A DNA stretch of 64,000 nt from Macrostomum hystrix (GCA_950097015.1 CATNEN010000034.1:6510001-6574000); one strand, 5' to 3'. Counted from the first letter of the stretch, positions 12,140-26,513 are shown. Numbers and translations are program-made. Notes: generated by a model from the letters alone, not told the origin.

Positions 12140-14099
12140 TTAGCACTTCTTGATCAAGCTGGCCGCCTCCTTCTTGGCCTGTGGAACAATGAGTTCTAAG
12201 AGTTATTGCGCCAACAGCGAGCATCAGAGCGATGGATTCAGTTCCGGAATCTAAATCTAGAATGTTGGTGGCCTAACCCGAGAGCCTTGTACGTCTAACC
12301 AGGGGGTTTGATCCGCAGATGGTCTTACCTGGGGATCTGGGAGGGAGGTGGTCTTAACTGGGGATCTGGGAGGCAGGTGGTCTTAACTGGGGATCTGGGA
12401 GGCAGGTGGGCTTTCCTGGGGATTTGAGAGGCAGGTGGTCTTACCTGAGGATCTGGGAGGCAGGTGGCCTTAACTGGCGATCTGGGAGGCAGGTGGTCTT
12501 ACCTGAGGATCTGGGAGGGAGGTGGTCTTAACTGGGGATCTGGAAGGTTGGTGGCCTTAACTGGGGATCTGGGAGGCAGGCGGTCTTAACTGGGGATCTG
12601 GGAGGCAAGGGGTCTAACTTGGGGATCTGGAAGGCTGGTGGCCTTAACTGGGGATCTGGAAGGCAGGTGGCCTTAACTGGGGATCTGGAAGGCAGGTGGC
12701 CTTAACTGGGGATCTGGGAGGCAGGCGGTCTTACCTGGGGATCTGGGAGGCAGGCGGTCTTAACTGGGGATCTGGGAGGCAGGTGGCCTTAACTGGGGAT
12801 CTGGGAGGCAGGTGGTCTTACCTGAGGATCTGGGAGGGAGGTGGTCTTAACTGGGGATCTGGGAGGCAGGTGGTCTTACCTGAGGATCTGGGAGGCAGGT
12901 GGCCTTAACTGGGGATCTGGAAGGCTGGTGGCCTTAACTGGGGATCTGGAAGGCTGGTGGCCTTAACTGGGGATCTGGGAGGCAGGCGGTCTTAACTTGG
13001 GATCTGGGAGGCAGGCGGTCTTAACTAGGGATCTGGGAGGCAAGGGGTCTAACTTGGGGATCTGGAAGGCTGGTGGCCTTAACAGGGGATCTGGGAGACA
13101 GACGTTCTTAATTGGAGATCTGGGAGGCGGGCGGTCTAACCTGGGGATCTGGATGGTATGCAGTGGTCTTAGCTGGGGATCTGGAGGGCAAGTGGTCTGA
13201 CCAGTGGACCACAGCGCACTCAGTTCTTACCTCACGGTCGTCGTGTCCGTCGGCTGGGTGGTCGATAGTCTTCTGGAAGAACTCACGCGCCTCCGGCAGC
13301 TTCTTGAGCTGATAGTAGGTCTTGCCAATGTAATTCAGGTTCGAGACGTAGAAACTCGGACTGGCTGCAATACGAGGGGGTTCGAAATGCATTGGGGGAT
13401 TAAGAGGCGAAACTATGAAATCACGCAATTCGAGTTGTCCCTCATACTGCTCCAGCATTCGAGTTTTCAGAGCATTAAAGTTTGATAGTCTGAACTGAAA
13501 GCCTTAGCAAAGCTTGGCAAAGCGAACTAACCTTTCTCGGCTCGCAGCAGATAGTCCAGCGCCTCCTCGTAGGTGGAGGTTGGCGGCTTGGCGAAGAAGG
13601 CCGCGGCCATGTTGCGCTGCAGCCAGGATAGGCTGGTAACCTCGTAGCACCAGACGCCGAGGCAGTGCAGCACAACTGCATCGTTCGGCTGCTTGTCCAG
13701 AGCCTTGGTGAAATGCTCCTTGACTAGGAAGGAGTTCTCAATGCGCTTCTTGATGCCCTCGAAGCGGCCGGTGAGGTCCAGCAGGATGCCCATCCACTTG
13801 TGGCAGCACCAGTTATCAGGCTCGGCTGCCAAGCCCTTCTTAGCCGCATCGAATGCCTCATAGATGAGCACCTTACGCCTGTCCTCGCCATCCGAGCAGC
13901 TGTTGGCCAAGGCGCGGCATTCACGTGCCAGACGCCAATAGATTTCGGCGCTCTCATGGCCAGCAGAAATTTCGGCTTTAAGCTTATTGCGAGCCTCCTC
14001 CTCCTTGGCAGCACTGTGCAGTTCGTCCACGGCAGTTAGAAAATCCGAAGTATTGCCCGACTCTGCCATTGTACTACTGTTCCAATATGAAACTGACAT
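12140..14099 (-). CDS. RMDN1: Regulator of microtubule dynamics protein 1 (TPR-like); exons 14099-13532, 13374-13231, 12178-12140
   Basis: Family motifs YWRLAR, CHKWMGILL, RIENSFLVKEHFTKA, LHCLGVWCYEV, FAKPPTSTYEEALDYLLRAE. GT/AG junctions give ...DDRE|AKKEAASLIKKC*. Start may be the second Met (14069). Confidence 0.93.
12318..13200. repeat. 29-bp intronic minisatellite (TGGTCTTAACTGGGGATCTGGGAGGCAGG)
   Basis: Fills the last RMDN1 intron. Confidence 0.97.
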
Positions 14100-15380
14100 T
14101 TGTATGGGTTCCCCCGATCATAGACATTTTTCACTTTAAGCAAAAATCAAAACAAAAAAACATGAACTTTCGAGCCAGAGTGTATCTCCGACTCTGATGC
14201 CAAACTATGCTTTAAAAATATAGAATAGTTTCGCCAATGATTTGCTACTGTTGAAACATTTAAAGTGTGTTCTGACAGTTATTTGGATGCATGGATGATC
14301 CTGTTTCTGCCTCACCTAAAGGCATGGGTCAATTATTAATTGCTTGATGCATGTCCCTGCTACAAAATGACACTTAAGACATGCAAATTAGTCAAGTATT
14401 TTTCGATATTCTAATTTAATGTGCTTTCTCTGCTTCTTTGCAGCTTTTGTTAAACCATTGACATTAAAGAGAGAAATGGCTTAACCTGTTTTTATAAACC
14501 AACCATAATCATATACTGAAACAATTAAGCTATGCATTAAGTTGCTACCAAAATAATATACTCTTTTTACTTATTACCATTTGTAGTTACTCTATTTTCA
14601 TTTTTTATATAGTAACTAATATATAATCATAATATATGCTCTTTGGCCCATTGATACTTATGAAACCCATCAATAAATCAATCAATCATGAGTAAATGGT
14701 CAGCAAACCTTGATTGGTTATCACTTTAGTGAAATATTAAATATTTCTTACTTACTATACTACTTCAAAGTTTAAAAAGCAATAAAAAGTATATTATTTG
14801 TAAATGATGTTCACAATAAATAGCCATGATACTTTATACCATATTAAATATGTGGCTGCATCAGCAAACATGGTAGACAGAAAAAAGGTTGATAGGATTT
14901 TTATAGGCCAAGCTATAGTTCTAGTCATTTGGTTTTCCTGTATAGGCATGTTTGATAAAAAACCTAAAATCTATTACTAGGCCGATACATGTACTGATGC
15001 AGTTTAAGTATAAGTAGCTACATAGCAAATAAATGTAACACAAACAGGTAATTGTAATGAAATTGTATTACAAAGGGGTGGATCTAGGGAAGGAGCAATA
15101 GGATAGGACCCCCCCCCAAATTTGATCAGCCTGATACAGTTCCCTCTGCATGCCTTCTCAAAGCACAAGTAAGCTGTTTCTGGTTGTGGTGCCCCAACTT
15201 AACCCCTAGGCCTTACCAAAGTAAAAGGTGTATTTGCCACAGTCTAAAAACGTATAAAATAATCAAATCGTACACCAACTAAACTTCATTTATTAGTCGT
15301 ACTAGGCCTAGCCACTATACTAGGCCTAGTATAGTAAGGTTTCATTTGACGTTTTAGTACGAGCCTTAGCATTATCTGAC

Positions 15381-16440
15381 ATTAATTTTCAGATTGACAT
15401 TCACATTCACATTCAAACAAGAGTATTGTGACTTAAAAATAAGCATTCAATTACAGCGAAACTTAACAGATCTTCTGATGCAACTAAGATAGCGTTCCAA
15501 AAAAATATTTTTTGTCAATGCATCAAAGAATTAAACAGCTTTGAAGTTGCTCCTATCTCCGCAGTGTATTTTCTTGTACTTTCAAAAATACACTTCTACT
15601 GCATCAATCGCAATGAAAATTTACAAAACCTCTGATGCAATCGAGTTGATTAAATGTGTAAAATATTTTAGACTGATTCATGAAAGCGTCTTCGAGTTAT
15701 TCAAGGTTAAAGTGTGTTTCGTATCTCCGTAGTGTTATTTTTGCGAGCCAGCTTGACATTGATCAACTCGCAAATAATTCAAAGCAATTGATCTTTGCGG
15801 GCTTATAAATCAGCCCGTGGAGTTTTTTACAGTAGAACAGGGGCTGTGTGAGTTAATGAGAATTTTTCGTGTTAAGTTGTTTAAGTGTCTTATTGTAGCA
15901 TTTTTGAACGAAGCAATCTGTTTTCGCGCATGCGACCAGTTTGTATTTTACGGTTATTAGTAGACGCTGGCTTCCCAGACAGTGTGAATATTTTAGTTTT
16001 GTAAGAAGGGAGCTTTTTATTCTTTTTAATACAGTGTCTCGCAGCTGTCATACGCTCTAAACTATGAACAGAAGCTGATAGGTTGTCTCTTTCATGATTG
16101 TGTAATTGTTAGTATTGTTTTATATATTTAAGACTGATGCTCGACATGGAACGTCAAAGTTGCAAAATCTGTCAATTACTTTTAAATTTATCACAAAGAC
16201 TGTTTCTGACTTTCGTTGACATCTAATCAACTCGATTACATCAGAGGTTTTGTGAATTTTCATTGCGATTGATGCAGTAGAAGTGCATGTCTGCCAGCGA
16301 ATGTCAAGCTGGCTCCCAAAAATTCACTACGGAGATACGAAACACACTTAAACCTTGAATAACTCAAAGATTCAAGATTTAAGTCACAATACTCTTGTTT
16401 GAATGTGAATGTGAATGTGAATGTCAATCGGGAAGTTAAT
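15381..16440. repeat. Inverted pair of a repetitive element (three shared blocks)
   Basis: 15381-15437, 15591-15652 and 15689-15760 match the reverse complements of 16378-16440, 16224-16285 and 16300-16370. Confidence 0.8.
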
Positions 16441-17207
16441 ACGTTAGCATTAGCTCATCCCGGTTTCTTAGAAAATATTGAAGTTTGTAAATACAAAAAT
16501 GTTAAACCGTGCTGCAGGCTTTGAAGCTCCGATAGTGGTATTGCTGTGGTTCGACCGTTTGTATTGTTCGGATGCTCGAGTTTGGCTTCGGGATGCCCTT
16601 CAGGTACCTGGATCGTTCGAATACAAGAGAATTTAATTTATTCTCTTTGCTTCAGTTGCAGTTACAACGGACCAATAGAAATTAGGGAACTTAGGTTCGG
16701 TGTTGTGTCTTCCTGACTTCGATTTGTCGCTGACGTCGATTAACCAATAGTCACTTGTTGATTGCGTTCCTTCTTACCAGCTTTGGTAGGTTCTACTACA
16801 AGTCTGGCGCTTATCCCTTGTAGTATAATCAATGTAATCACACGTCTGTGACTACGATTAAATCGTTGTTTAAACGATTACTTAAAGAGGTTTAACTTAG
16901 CTCAATAAAGGACTTCTAATTAATAAATAATTAATTAGGATAACTCAAGGAACTCTTACCACAAGTCTTGGACCTGGAGTCCGATTCATTTTAGTCTCAG
17001 ATTCCTTCTCTTCGTTTCCTCTTCTCGGCGAGACTTGAATCTGGGCTCGCTCCGGAGTTCTTGTATTTATAGAGAATCTGACCCTCTCGGGTTCGATGAG
17101 TGCGTTCAGTGTACAGGTGTCAAACTGGTGTCAAAAAGTTTGGGTCAATGCTTGACAACTTGAGAGGATAGATTTTTTATATAACGAAAGTAGTAGAAAC
17201 GCAAAAA

Positions 17208-19520
17208 GATGGATTATCGCTTTCTTGAGCTTTTGATTGATTTTGGGTAACATGATTGGTTTGATTGTTGGTTGTCTATGACATAAAAATTTATTTGATA
17301 CTGTTAATAGTAGTCACATGACTTTTGATTGATTCGTTTGTCCTTTTTTAGTGAAATGAATCACATGTTGTACTTGTATGTTTTTTGGTTCGCATTTTCT
17401 AAAAATACTACTAAGCGGATGAGTAGAGTAGTTAGCGCATGATTGGTTAAAATAATTATTACCGTAATTCTGCACTCTACAAATTCTCCCCTTCTACAAA
17501 ATTTTCGTCTCGAAATTTACAATGTCAGTCGAAAAAATAGCGTGTATAAGTTATAAATAGTATTAAAGTATAATGTATAATAAGGTATTTTGCAAACCGG
17601 TTCACCGGAGAAGAATTGGTTAATTTGTACTAAAAATTCTTTACGGTTTTTGCGGAGATAAAAAGTGGTGTTAAGTCTGTAAATCTACAACCTGAGGTGT
17701 GGCAGCACTGAAAAAGACAAACTTTATGATTGTCGTGTTTAATATCTATAGTTATGTTACAAGTCTTATGGCGCAGCCCTGTCCTGGCTCCAGTCGCCGA
17801 ACGTGCAGTGAAGCGCAGCCCGGTAAGCCTGGTTGCGATTTTCTATCAGATTGGCGATGGGCCAGAACAGGTGCTGTAGCGGTACGTAGTCTGGATGCTC
17901 TGTGTCCTGACATATTTGAAGATAGTACTCCACAGCATCCCAGTTTGGGTACCGCGCTGCCAGCACGAATGCCATACGCATCTCAAGGCTCTTTTGGCCT
18001 CCTCGGCAAGTCGCGCGATTGACCATGTGCGCACTGCTTGTGTCAGTCGTTCTACCTCGATGTTTTATGGCTGATCGATAGATAGTTCGGCTTCCACTTG
18101 CTTTGTTGCCATGGCTTCTAGAGCCCGCGACGGAAGCGGATTTGCACAGTCCGGACACCGCCGAATGTGTCCGTCGCGCCATGGCCTGCAGTCAGGTGTT
18201 GCATGTCCAATGCCTTAGTGGGCATACCTGCCGGGTCGGGTTTTTTCGCATAATATGCACTTAGCTCGCGGCTCTCGGCAGACGGGGCATTGCGCCATAC
18301 AGCCGTATGCCTCGCCCTGCTCTACGCACCCGACACAGACCATGGGGCCCCATGTGCACATAGCCACGTCGCCGGCTTCGGATGGATCTTTGAATGTGAC
18401 ACGCTCTATGCGCTGTTCATGCCTACAATAGTGGTAGTTGAGTAGAAGCTGCTCGTGAGTCGTAGTACGGATTGTCCGGCTCGTACGGAACGATCCAGTT
18501 GAAGTCACTCCGCCGCATGATTAGTATTGGTAGCGGGCGGTAGTAGACATCCAGGTGCGCCAATCCATATCGTCGAGCAAAATCTCGTAGATGTACTTCA
18601 ATATACGCTATGAGTGACAAAATAGATAGAAATAGAAAGAAGCATAGAGGGAAAAGAGAAAAGGCACAGGCAAATACCATTTCCAGAGACGGGTGACGTG
18701 GCTTGGCGGGAAGACGGTGCGACCTGACCCGAGTGAGTCATCGATGACCCGGCCGGCGGGGAGCGACCGGGAGAGAGAAGGGCCAGGCGAGCAGCGGGGG
18801 AACACAGCGGCTGCGCACCCTCGAACCTGACCCGAGTAAGTCACGGCTGAACGAATGGGAGAAACCGGCAGAGAGAGAGGAGCCAGGAACGAGAGGCCGA
18901 GACCGGACCGGGGATGAAAAGGAGCGAGAAATATCATGCACGTTTTATGTGAAATATTGTACGTGAAAGGATAGCAAATAAATATAATATCACGAGCGCG
19001 GAGCTACAGTGGCTGTTTCCCGCTCTGCAGCCCGCTTGACGGAGTCAGTCGATCTCAGGCATCAACCCAAAGTGTTTTACTTATTATCTATCATTTTGGC
19101 TTTAGAGGCGTTAGAAGAGAACTCGAATCGTATCAGTCCGAGTCGGTTTTCATTCAATCTTATAATGATCGAGGCGATCACTCCTTTGATCGGCGCAGAG
19201 GAGAGGTCATACCGCAGAATAGACTCCTTATAGATGGATTATCGCTTTCTTGACCTTTCGATTGATTTTGGGTAACATGATTGGTTTGATTTTTGATTGT
19301 CTATGACAAAAAATTGATTTTGTACTAATAATAATAGTAGTCACATGACTTTTGATTGATTCGTTTGTCCTTTCTTGGTGAGATGAATCACACGCTGTTA
19401 CTTACATGTTTTTTATTCGCATTATTTTCTAAAAATACTAAAAATACTACTAAGCGAAAGAGTAGAGTAGTTAGCTCATGATTGGTTAAAATACATATTG
19501 CCGTAATTCTGCACTCTACA
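17208..19520 (-). mobile_element. LTR-like pair (17208-17481, 19233-19520) enclosing small ORFs; non-autonomous LTR-element remnant
   Basis: About 280-bp diverged direct repeat. Both copies start TGTAGAG on the minus strand. A polypurine tract AGAAGGGGAGAA (17495-17484, minus) abuts the left copy. Minus-strand TATAAATA near 17070. No gag/pol and no TSD found. Confidence 0.55.
18215..18508 (-). other. Small ORF with RING-like Cys cluster inside the LTR-like element
   Basis: C-x6-CxxC-x12-CPVCR resembles the C-terminal half of a RING finger. Start codon and frame continuity are unclear. Confidence 0.35.
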
Positions 19521-20175
19521 GTACTGGCTGAACAATTACTACGCCGTTTCGGTTTTTGCTTAAAATTCCTGGTTAAACTAGTTTAACCGAAGAAAAAGTA
19601 TAATACGTATTGGAAGCTGACAAGTTCAGCCCCTATCACGACGCACAAAATGTTTTGTTAACTTCACATGCTTCAACCTCCAGATTTAAACCACTACTCA
19701 ATGAAAACCAATGCAATATTACATTGATATAATACGACTGTTCCAGTAAGTAAGCTAATTTTAAGCAATAAGATCACATGTGTAATAATTAATATTTGTA
19801 ACAGTATTTTTCTTTTAATTTAAAATAAAACGTTGGTTCTTTCTATAATTTTGCAAAACGTACTGTGCGTTTGTTTAAAGGAACAAAATAGAGTCCAGCT
19901 TTTACGAAAGGAAATTTTCAAAGAAACCCTAGAATTAAAAATAGTCAGTTGAACTTTGAAGAAGTGTCAGGAAGGCGAAGAAGAAATTTAGTATCTCATA
20001 TGATTAATTTTTTGACAGATTAGTGCTTCTATAAAAATATCAACCGTCTGCATTTAAATTATGTTTCTTTAATTGTGACAAGTAATGAACAAGACTACCC
20101 AATCCCAGATATAAATCTCTTATTGGCGAAACTAAGCAAAGCACATTTCATTTGGTAATTTTTTTAGAAAGAGCT

Positions 20176-23100
20176 ATGGATGATTCTTATATAATAAATA
20201 TTTTAATTGTTGGATTTCATCACAAAAGAGGTGTTCAGGTGAGCATTGGTGGTCTATATATAATTTTTGCTAAACTTGTCATGGACCCTTTTTACCTTCT
20301 GTGTTTTATTCTTCAAATATTACACTTTGATCTGTTGCTTTGTCTTTTGGCTCCTTAAGTCATGGATTTCCGAATTTTTTAATTGTTGGAGGCCCTCTTC
20401 TCTATTTATGCTATCTGTAATAACTGCAATAAAATTTAGCCTTAACTATTTTCATTTGCTATTTCACTTCTGCATTTGCCATTAGCTAATTTTAACTATG
20501 TGTATCCCTTGACTATATTCTATAAAATACATAAAAGGATTTTTTTCAACACAATGATATGAACCATTGACTAAAATAATCTTGCTATTCTAACTAAGTT
20601 ACTTATGGCTAGTTTATTTTCATCACTACACTTACTAGGCCTAGTTAACTAAAATGTATTTATTTACTGTCATTACTGATACATTGAATATTAAAACAAA
20701 AAAAGTTAACAATCAAAGTAAACCTGTATTTAACCCCATTTAAATATAATGATATTTCTTGTTAAAATGTGATACATTTTATGAGTACTTAATAGCAATA
20801 GTAAATGTTATTTTGTAATTACTTTCATCCTTATCTAAAAAATGGGATCCCTAGTTTTATGTCTTCTAATTTCCAAAAGAGAAAGAATTTGTAAAATTTC
20901 TTTCTCAAAAGCCTGTCTTATAAACTATTTAAAACTGACTTGCTTCTTGTTTTTATTATTCCAATTGTTATTACTATTATCCTTTTTTAAAGTAATTTGT
21001 TAAGCTTAAATTAATAATAATTGCCAAGTGGCATAATAAGATATGTCATAAAAGCAGCTCTTATCAATATTTATTTCTTGTAGGTAAACTTTTTTGTTTC
21101 TTTTTTTCCTAATTATGTTGAAAATATGAATTGATAGACATTCAAGAAAATGTGTTTTTGAAGAGTAATAAGAGATCAAAGTGCTAAGAAAGGCTAGAGA
21201 AATAGAAAAGCTAAATTTAAAGCTCAGTAAATAACTTTTTAGCTTGAGTACTGCTATCCACCACTGTTTCCTGGCCAAGGCCATGATGCTGGCGAGCTGC
21301 CTGAAGAGTGGCAGAATCTGCCTCACCTGGCACTGCCCGATGGTGCTCACAACTATGAGCAAGGTGAGCTTTTACTTTCTTTTACTTCACTACATATACA
21401 CTTGTGTTCAATGAACGTATGTTTAAAAAATCAAAACAATCTGAATTTTTAGCCTTTAACTTTTAAATTAGGTCGATAAAGGTAAAGTAAATAGTGCCTG
21501 TAGAAAGTAATAGTTGAGGGAATTCAACTAATTTCAGTTAAATTTAAGAACAGACTAACATAGGCCTAATAAGCCTCTCATTGTGGACAAAAAGGACTAA
21601 TTTGCATTGTCTCTAACATTTAGTATATTTACCATGGCTTCCCATTAAGATTTATATTAAAGGCTTGCTGTTAAAACAGTTGCTATGCATCTTCTTGATT
21701 CACCAGATCATGTCTACTTTGTGTTGCCCTCGCTGACAGACCGCGAGCAGTCTGTATTCTGCGTGGCTTGCTACAGACAAATCGACTCAGATGTGAGCAT
21801 TGTTACAAATCACTGATTGTTTTCATACCATTTTCCATTGGAATGGGGGGTCAGTGGCAGACTGGCTTAACGCTTTTGCCTCTTGCACCAAGGTCCGTGA
21901 GATCGAATCCGCGGCGAGGCCACTTTCACTTGGGCTTAGGGGCTTTTCATGCAATTTATGCGCTTGAGGGCCGACATCCAATGCACAGTGAGACTGTACA
22001 GTGACGAGGAGAAAATCTGTTAGATGTAAGCCCAAGTGTGAGTATGTGCCTGCATTCGGTGTGTGTGCGTGTGTGCTCAGGAGTCAGCGAAATGAGCAGA
22101 ATTGCCTCCTCGCTGGTTGCGGGTCTAGTATGACCAAGTGATATTTTCATTCCACTAAAGTCTACATTTAAATGTTAAACGCACCACAGAAGCTGGTGAG
22201 CAGGTCGGCAGACGTGACTCGCAGCTCGGTGCAGAAGTCGGTGGTTGTGGTCAGCCGGGCGCCATTATTCGGAGCCATTAGGGAGCGCCTTAGTCACGTG
22301 GCCCAGTCCTACTTTGAGCTGCGCGATTTCAGCCGTGTGGAGATTATTGAAGAGACTTTTCTTGATTTTAAGCGAGCTGTTACTAAAAACTCATTGTCTA
22401 CTCAGGTGTTCTCAGGTAAGTAGGACAACATTTTGTGCAAAATTTCAGCTATCTAGGTTGTGCCTTTTTAATATAATTGTTTGAAAAAACTTCAGGTGTG
22501 TCATAAGTAATGTCACTGAGGGGAAAACAGACCAACTAACAATCGCAGATGAACAAAACTGTATCACTGTGAACTGTAAACTGTATCAATCAACAACATA
22601 TTGTCCCCCAATATCAATCACCCTCTGGCAGTGCTCGTACAGCTTCTCCACCTCAGCCTGCAGGTGTTTTTCCTCCAGCTGTCGGAACCAGTGCAACGCA
22701 GCTTCTTTGACCTCATCATGGTTTGCGAAAATTCTCTGGGAAAAGTCTGCCTTCAGCCATTTGAAGAGAAACCTGTCGCATAAGTTGAAGTCTGGGCTGT
22801 AGGGACAGCCTGACAGGTGTGCGGCCGTGCGTTGTCCATCTGCCACAGAACTTCGTTCAGGTGAATCGGGTTTGACCGGAGCGTGCGCCAGAGGTTCCCA
22901 GTGTGTCGGACAAAGTCGATGAAGTACTGGCCATCGACCTTGGTGTTTGGCGGAGTTGTACAGATTGTACGTTTGTTTGGCGTGAATGCCACCAGCAGCA
23001 TTGTATTCTTGTCTGAGATGGACCTCCTGGTCACAGTCAGCCTGGAGTCCCCAGCTCCCAGCCAGCAGCGACTGTCTGCCTTGCTGCTTTTGCCATCCAG

Positions 23101-26100
23101 GTGGAGCCAGGTCTCATCCTTAACAACCAGGCAGTTTAGGATGTCATCCAAGCCCCGGCTGCTGCACACATTGCGGATCTGCTTGGCGCAGTTCACACGG
23201 GCCTGACGTTGGTCCGCAGTGAGGTCATGGGGCACCCAGACCGAGCAGAGGTTTCGGTGATGGAGATCCTCTGTCAAGATTCGATGGACAGTCTTGAAAT
23301 CAATCTCCAAGCAGTCCGCTAGCTCCCTGACAGACTGGCGGGTCTTCTTTGACCAGGTCGCTGATGACTTCGATGTTCTCTATTGTCCTGGTTGAACATC
23401 GTCGTCCAGATCTGGCGGCATCTCCCAATTCGAACCCAGGATCAGTAAAGTTCTGAAACCACCTGTAAATTGACCTGCGAGTTGGGCAGTTCCGGAGATC
23501 CTCCTCTACTTCTAGTGCAGATTTTCCAAGCTTAAAGCGAATGAAAGCGTAGAATTGGATGTGTGTCTTGTCGTGATTCGTGTTGAGTTTTGCTGGTTGC
23601 AAAAAGAAGATTTCATCGTGTTGCGCTTGCTAAATATGATTTTAGAGCAAAACGCAATTCAAAGAGCAATTCAATTTCTTGCTAAAACGAATTCTTGCGA
23701 CAGTTTTGGCCATAGACATTAAAATTGCTGCTCCGGTGTGGTGGCAACTTCTCAAGAAATGTACTTTCAGAATATAATATATTTGGATGCTTAGTGCTTT
23801 GGGTTCCTGCACAACAACCACAGTGACATTGCTTATGACACACCCGATATAGCTTACTATGAGAGCTTCGGACTCACGACTTGAAGGTCGGTGGTTCGAT
23901 TCCCGACTTCACTGGAACAAATTGTGTCCTTTTAGCAAAGCACTTAACTCTACATTGCTTCAGTTCACCCAGCTGTTAAACGGGTCAGCATTAGCTTGGA
24001 TTAATTGAAGGTGGGTGTGGCGTCCTCCAGTCCATGGACTGAGCAGCTGTACGCAGCCTTCAGATGCGCCGCGCAATGGCTGCGGCTGGGCTGTCGGCTG
24101 CAAATCTGACCCAATTAGGGCAGACGTACTCAATTATTAATTAATTAATTAATTACGACAAATCTTGTCCGTAGGCCTGTCCGTAAAGGATCTGCTGCTG
24201 CGCTATCGTCAGAAACTGCTAGTACTATTCAAACTGTTGCTGCTGGAGCGCCGAGTGTTGTTACACATGAACCCGGCTTCACAGCTGAGCAATACATTGT
24301 TGGCGCTGGTCTCACTCTATCCCGGCCTGTTGGAGAGCGGATTAACGCGCTGCGGAGCTGTGTTCAAGAGTCGCTACAATTTCCGGTATGCTGCAACTAC
24401 TATAGAATTTTGAGTTACGCCATTTTTTGGCTGCTCAAAGAAAAAAGCAAAAAAGGCGCGACAATACTACTCGTGTATTATTTGTAGCATTTTAATAATA
24501 ATAATCCAATCCAAAGCAGTTTTATTCGTACCCTATGCTTTGAGATTATCGCAAATCCTGCTGCGAGATTATCACAAAGCAGCTTAAGACAGAAGGAGGA
24601 ATTGAAAAGAAGTTTTTGTGTTGCCCGAAAGTTTTTTTACTAAATGAAAAAAGTGGTAATACACGGAAACACTACTCACTGCACGCTCGAGTGTACTTTT
24701 TTTCAGCAATCTTTCAGATTCCGATTTTGTCAGCATTGAACGTGACACAGACAGTGCGCCTTCGCCAGCTGCGTCGCCGACTTCGCCTACACCGCCACCG
24801 CCAACGCCGTCGGCGACGTCAACGGCGTCGGCCTCGGAGACCCACGGTGGCCGACTGCAGGATACGCTGGCCTCCGGCCTGATGTCCAGTGTCCGCGCTG
24901 GCCTGGCTCGTGTCTCTGTGGCAGCCGGCGCTGCGGCTCCCGAGTCGCAAATCTCGTCGACGCCACCTTCGTCGCCGCCTCCTCCGCAGAGTCCGTTCTT
25001 AGTTGACGACTGCGGCTTCCCGTTAGCTCTGTTCGCCGAGTCTGCCGTGTTCCTGCCATACGTTTCTCTGCAGCAGATCGGCCTGCTGGAGGACGCGAAC
25101 CTGCGCGCATGCCTGCTGGGCGCCAACAACGTCCTGTTCCGCCAGCAGCAGTCCCGGCGCCGCCTGGACGCTCTGATTGGCTGCGACTCCTCTGACTTTG
25201 CCGTCTACGATCGCGGCCTGTCGCGTCTGCTGCGCCTCAGCGGACCTGACGAGGCCTTCGTGCAGCGCCTGCTGGACAAAGCGTCCCCGGCGGCTTCATC
25301 GGCCACCTCGTCGTCAGCTGCCGATTCTCAGGACCGACGCTCCGAGCAGGAGGATCTGTTTGCCGGATCTGGTGAGTTTGGTTTTTCTATACATATCGGA
25401 TTTAAGATTATTATAAGCTTAAAAGTACGGAGGATTATGCAGGGCCGACTGCACGTCGGCTACGGAAATGGCTAGTCATAGGCTACGGAAATGGCTAGTC
25501 ATAGGCTACGGAAATGGCTAGTCATAGGCTACAGATATGGCTAGTCATAGGCTACGGAAATGGCTAGTCATAGGCTACGGATATGGCTAGTCATAGGCTA
25601 CGGAATATGGCTACGCATGGGCTACGGCTACATTATTTGATGTGCCTTTAATGTTTAAACGATCAAAATGTTCTGATTGGCAGAGTGGGAAGGCTCCGAC
25701 GATTGGCTGCGAGCCCAGTTCCGCGCCTACCTCACAGCCCTGCTGTTGACCGCCGCGGCCACCGCGGACAGCTCGGCAGCCTCCGCCGAAGATTCCGGAG
25801 TCGATGAAGGCGATTTCAATTCCAGCTTTGTTCGCGCGCTGCGAGCCACCTTTCACTTCAGGGCCTGGCTGGCCGCACAACGGACGGGACTGGCTGGCGC
25901 CACAGCCCGTCATCCGTGCCGCGGTCAGAGCGCTCTTGGAGTTCGATTCAACCAGTGAGATTGCCCTCTTCCCTGGGGTTCTATTGATTTCTATCAACTT
26001 CTCCTGAGTTCTGTTTAGCTTCTCCTGAGTTCTGTTTAGCTTCTCCTGAGTTCTGTTTAGCTTCTCCTGAGTTCTGTTAACTTCTCTTGAGTTCTGTTTA

Positions 26101-26513
26101 GCTTCTCCTGAGTTCTGTTTAGCTTCTCCTGAGTTCTGTTAACTTCTCTTGAGTTGTGCTAAATCGACTTTCTGCTTTAAAATCTCACCCTAACAGATTC
26201 CTGAGCAACACTGAGCAGGGCAAGAAGGTATCTAGCGCTGTGCAGTCAACTGGGCGTGCGCTTGAGGACACCAGCAAGGTGGTCGGTAAGTTAAGGAAAT
26301 ATCTGTTAGTGCCTATATGGGGCGAAATACTTGTTACTAAGGAACATATTTTTTAACAAATTTTGGGCTTAACAGACTCAGATTTAACATACTCAACGCA
26401 CACTTTTTACATTCTCAAAAAAACCACAGGCGGTGCACTTTACAGTGCTGGCAGTGCAATGTCCGGCTTTCTATCCGGCTTGTCCTCCAGAGCAGCTCTA
26501 AAATTGAGCGGCG

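Noticed and set aside
20486-20545. FNYVYPL-like stretch as AVL9 exon 2
   Set aside because: No phase-compatible acceptor; the true exon 2 (LEYCYPP...) is at 21243.
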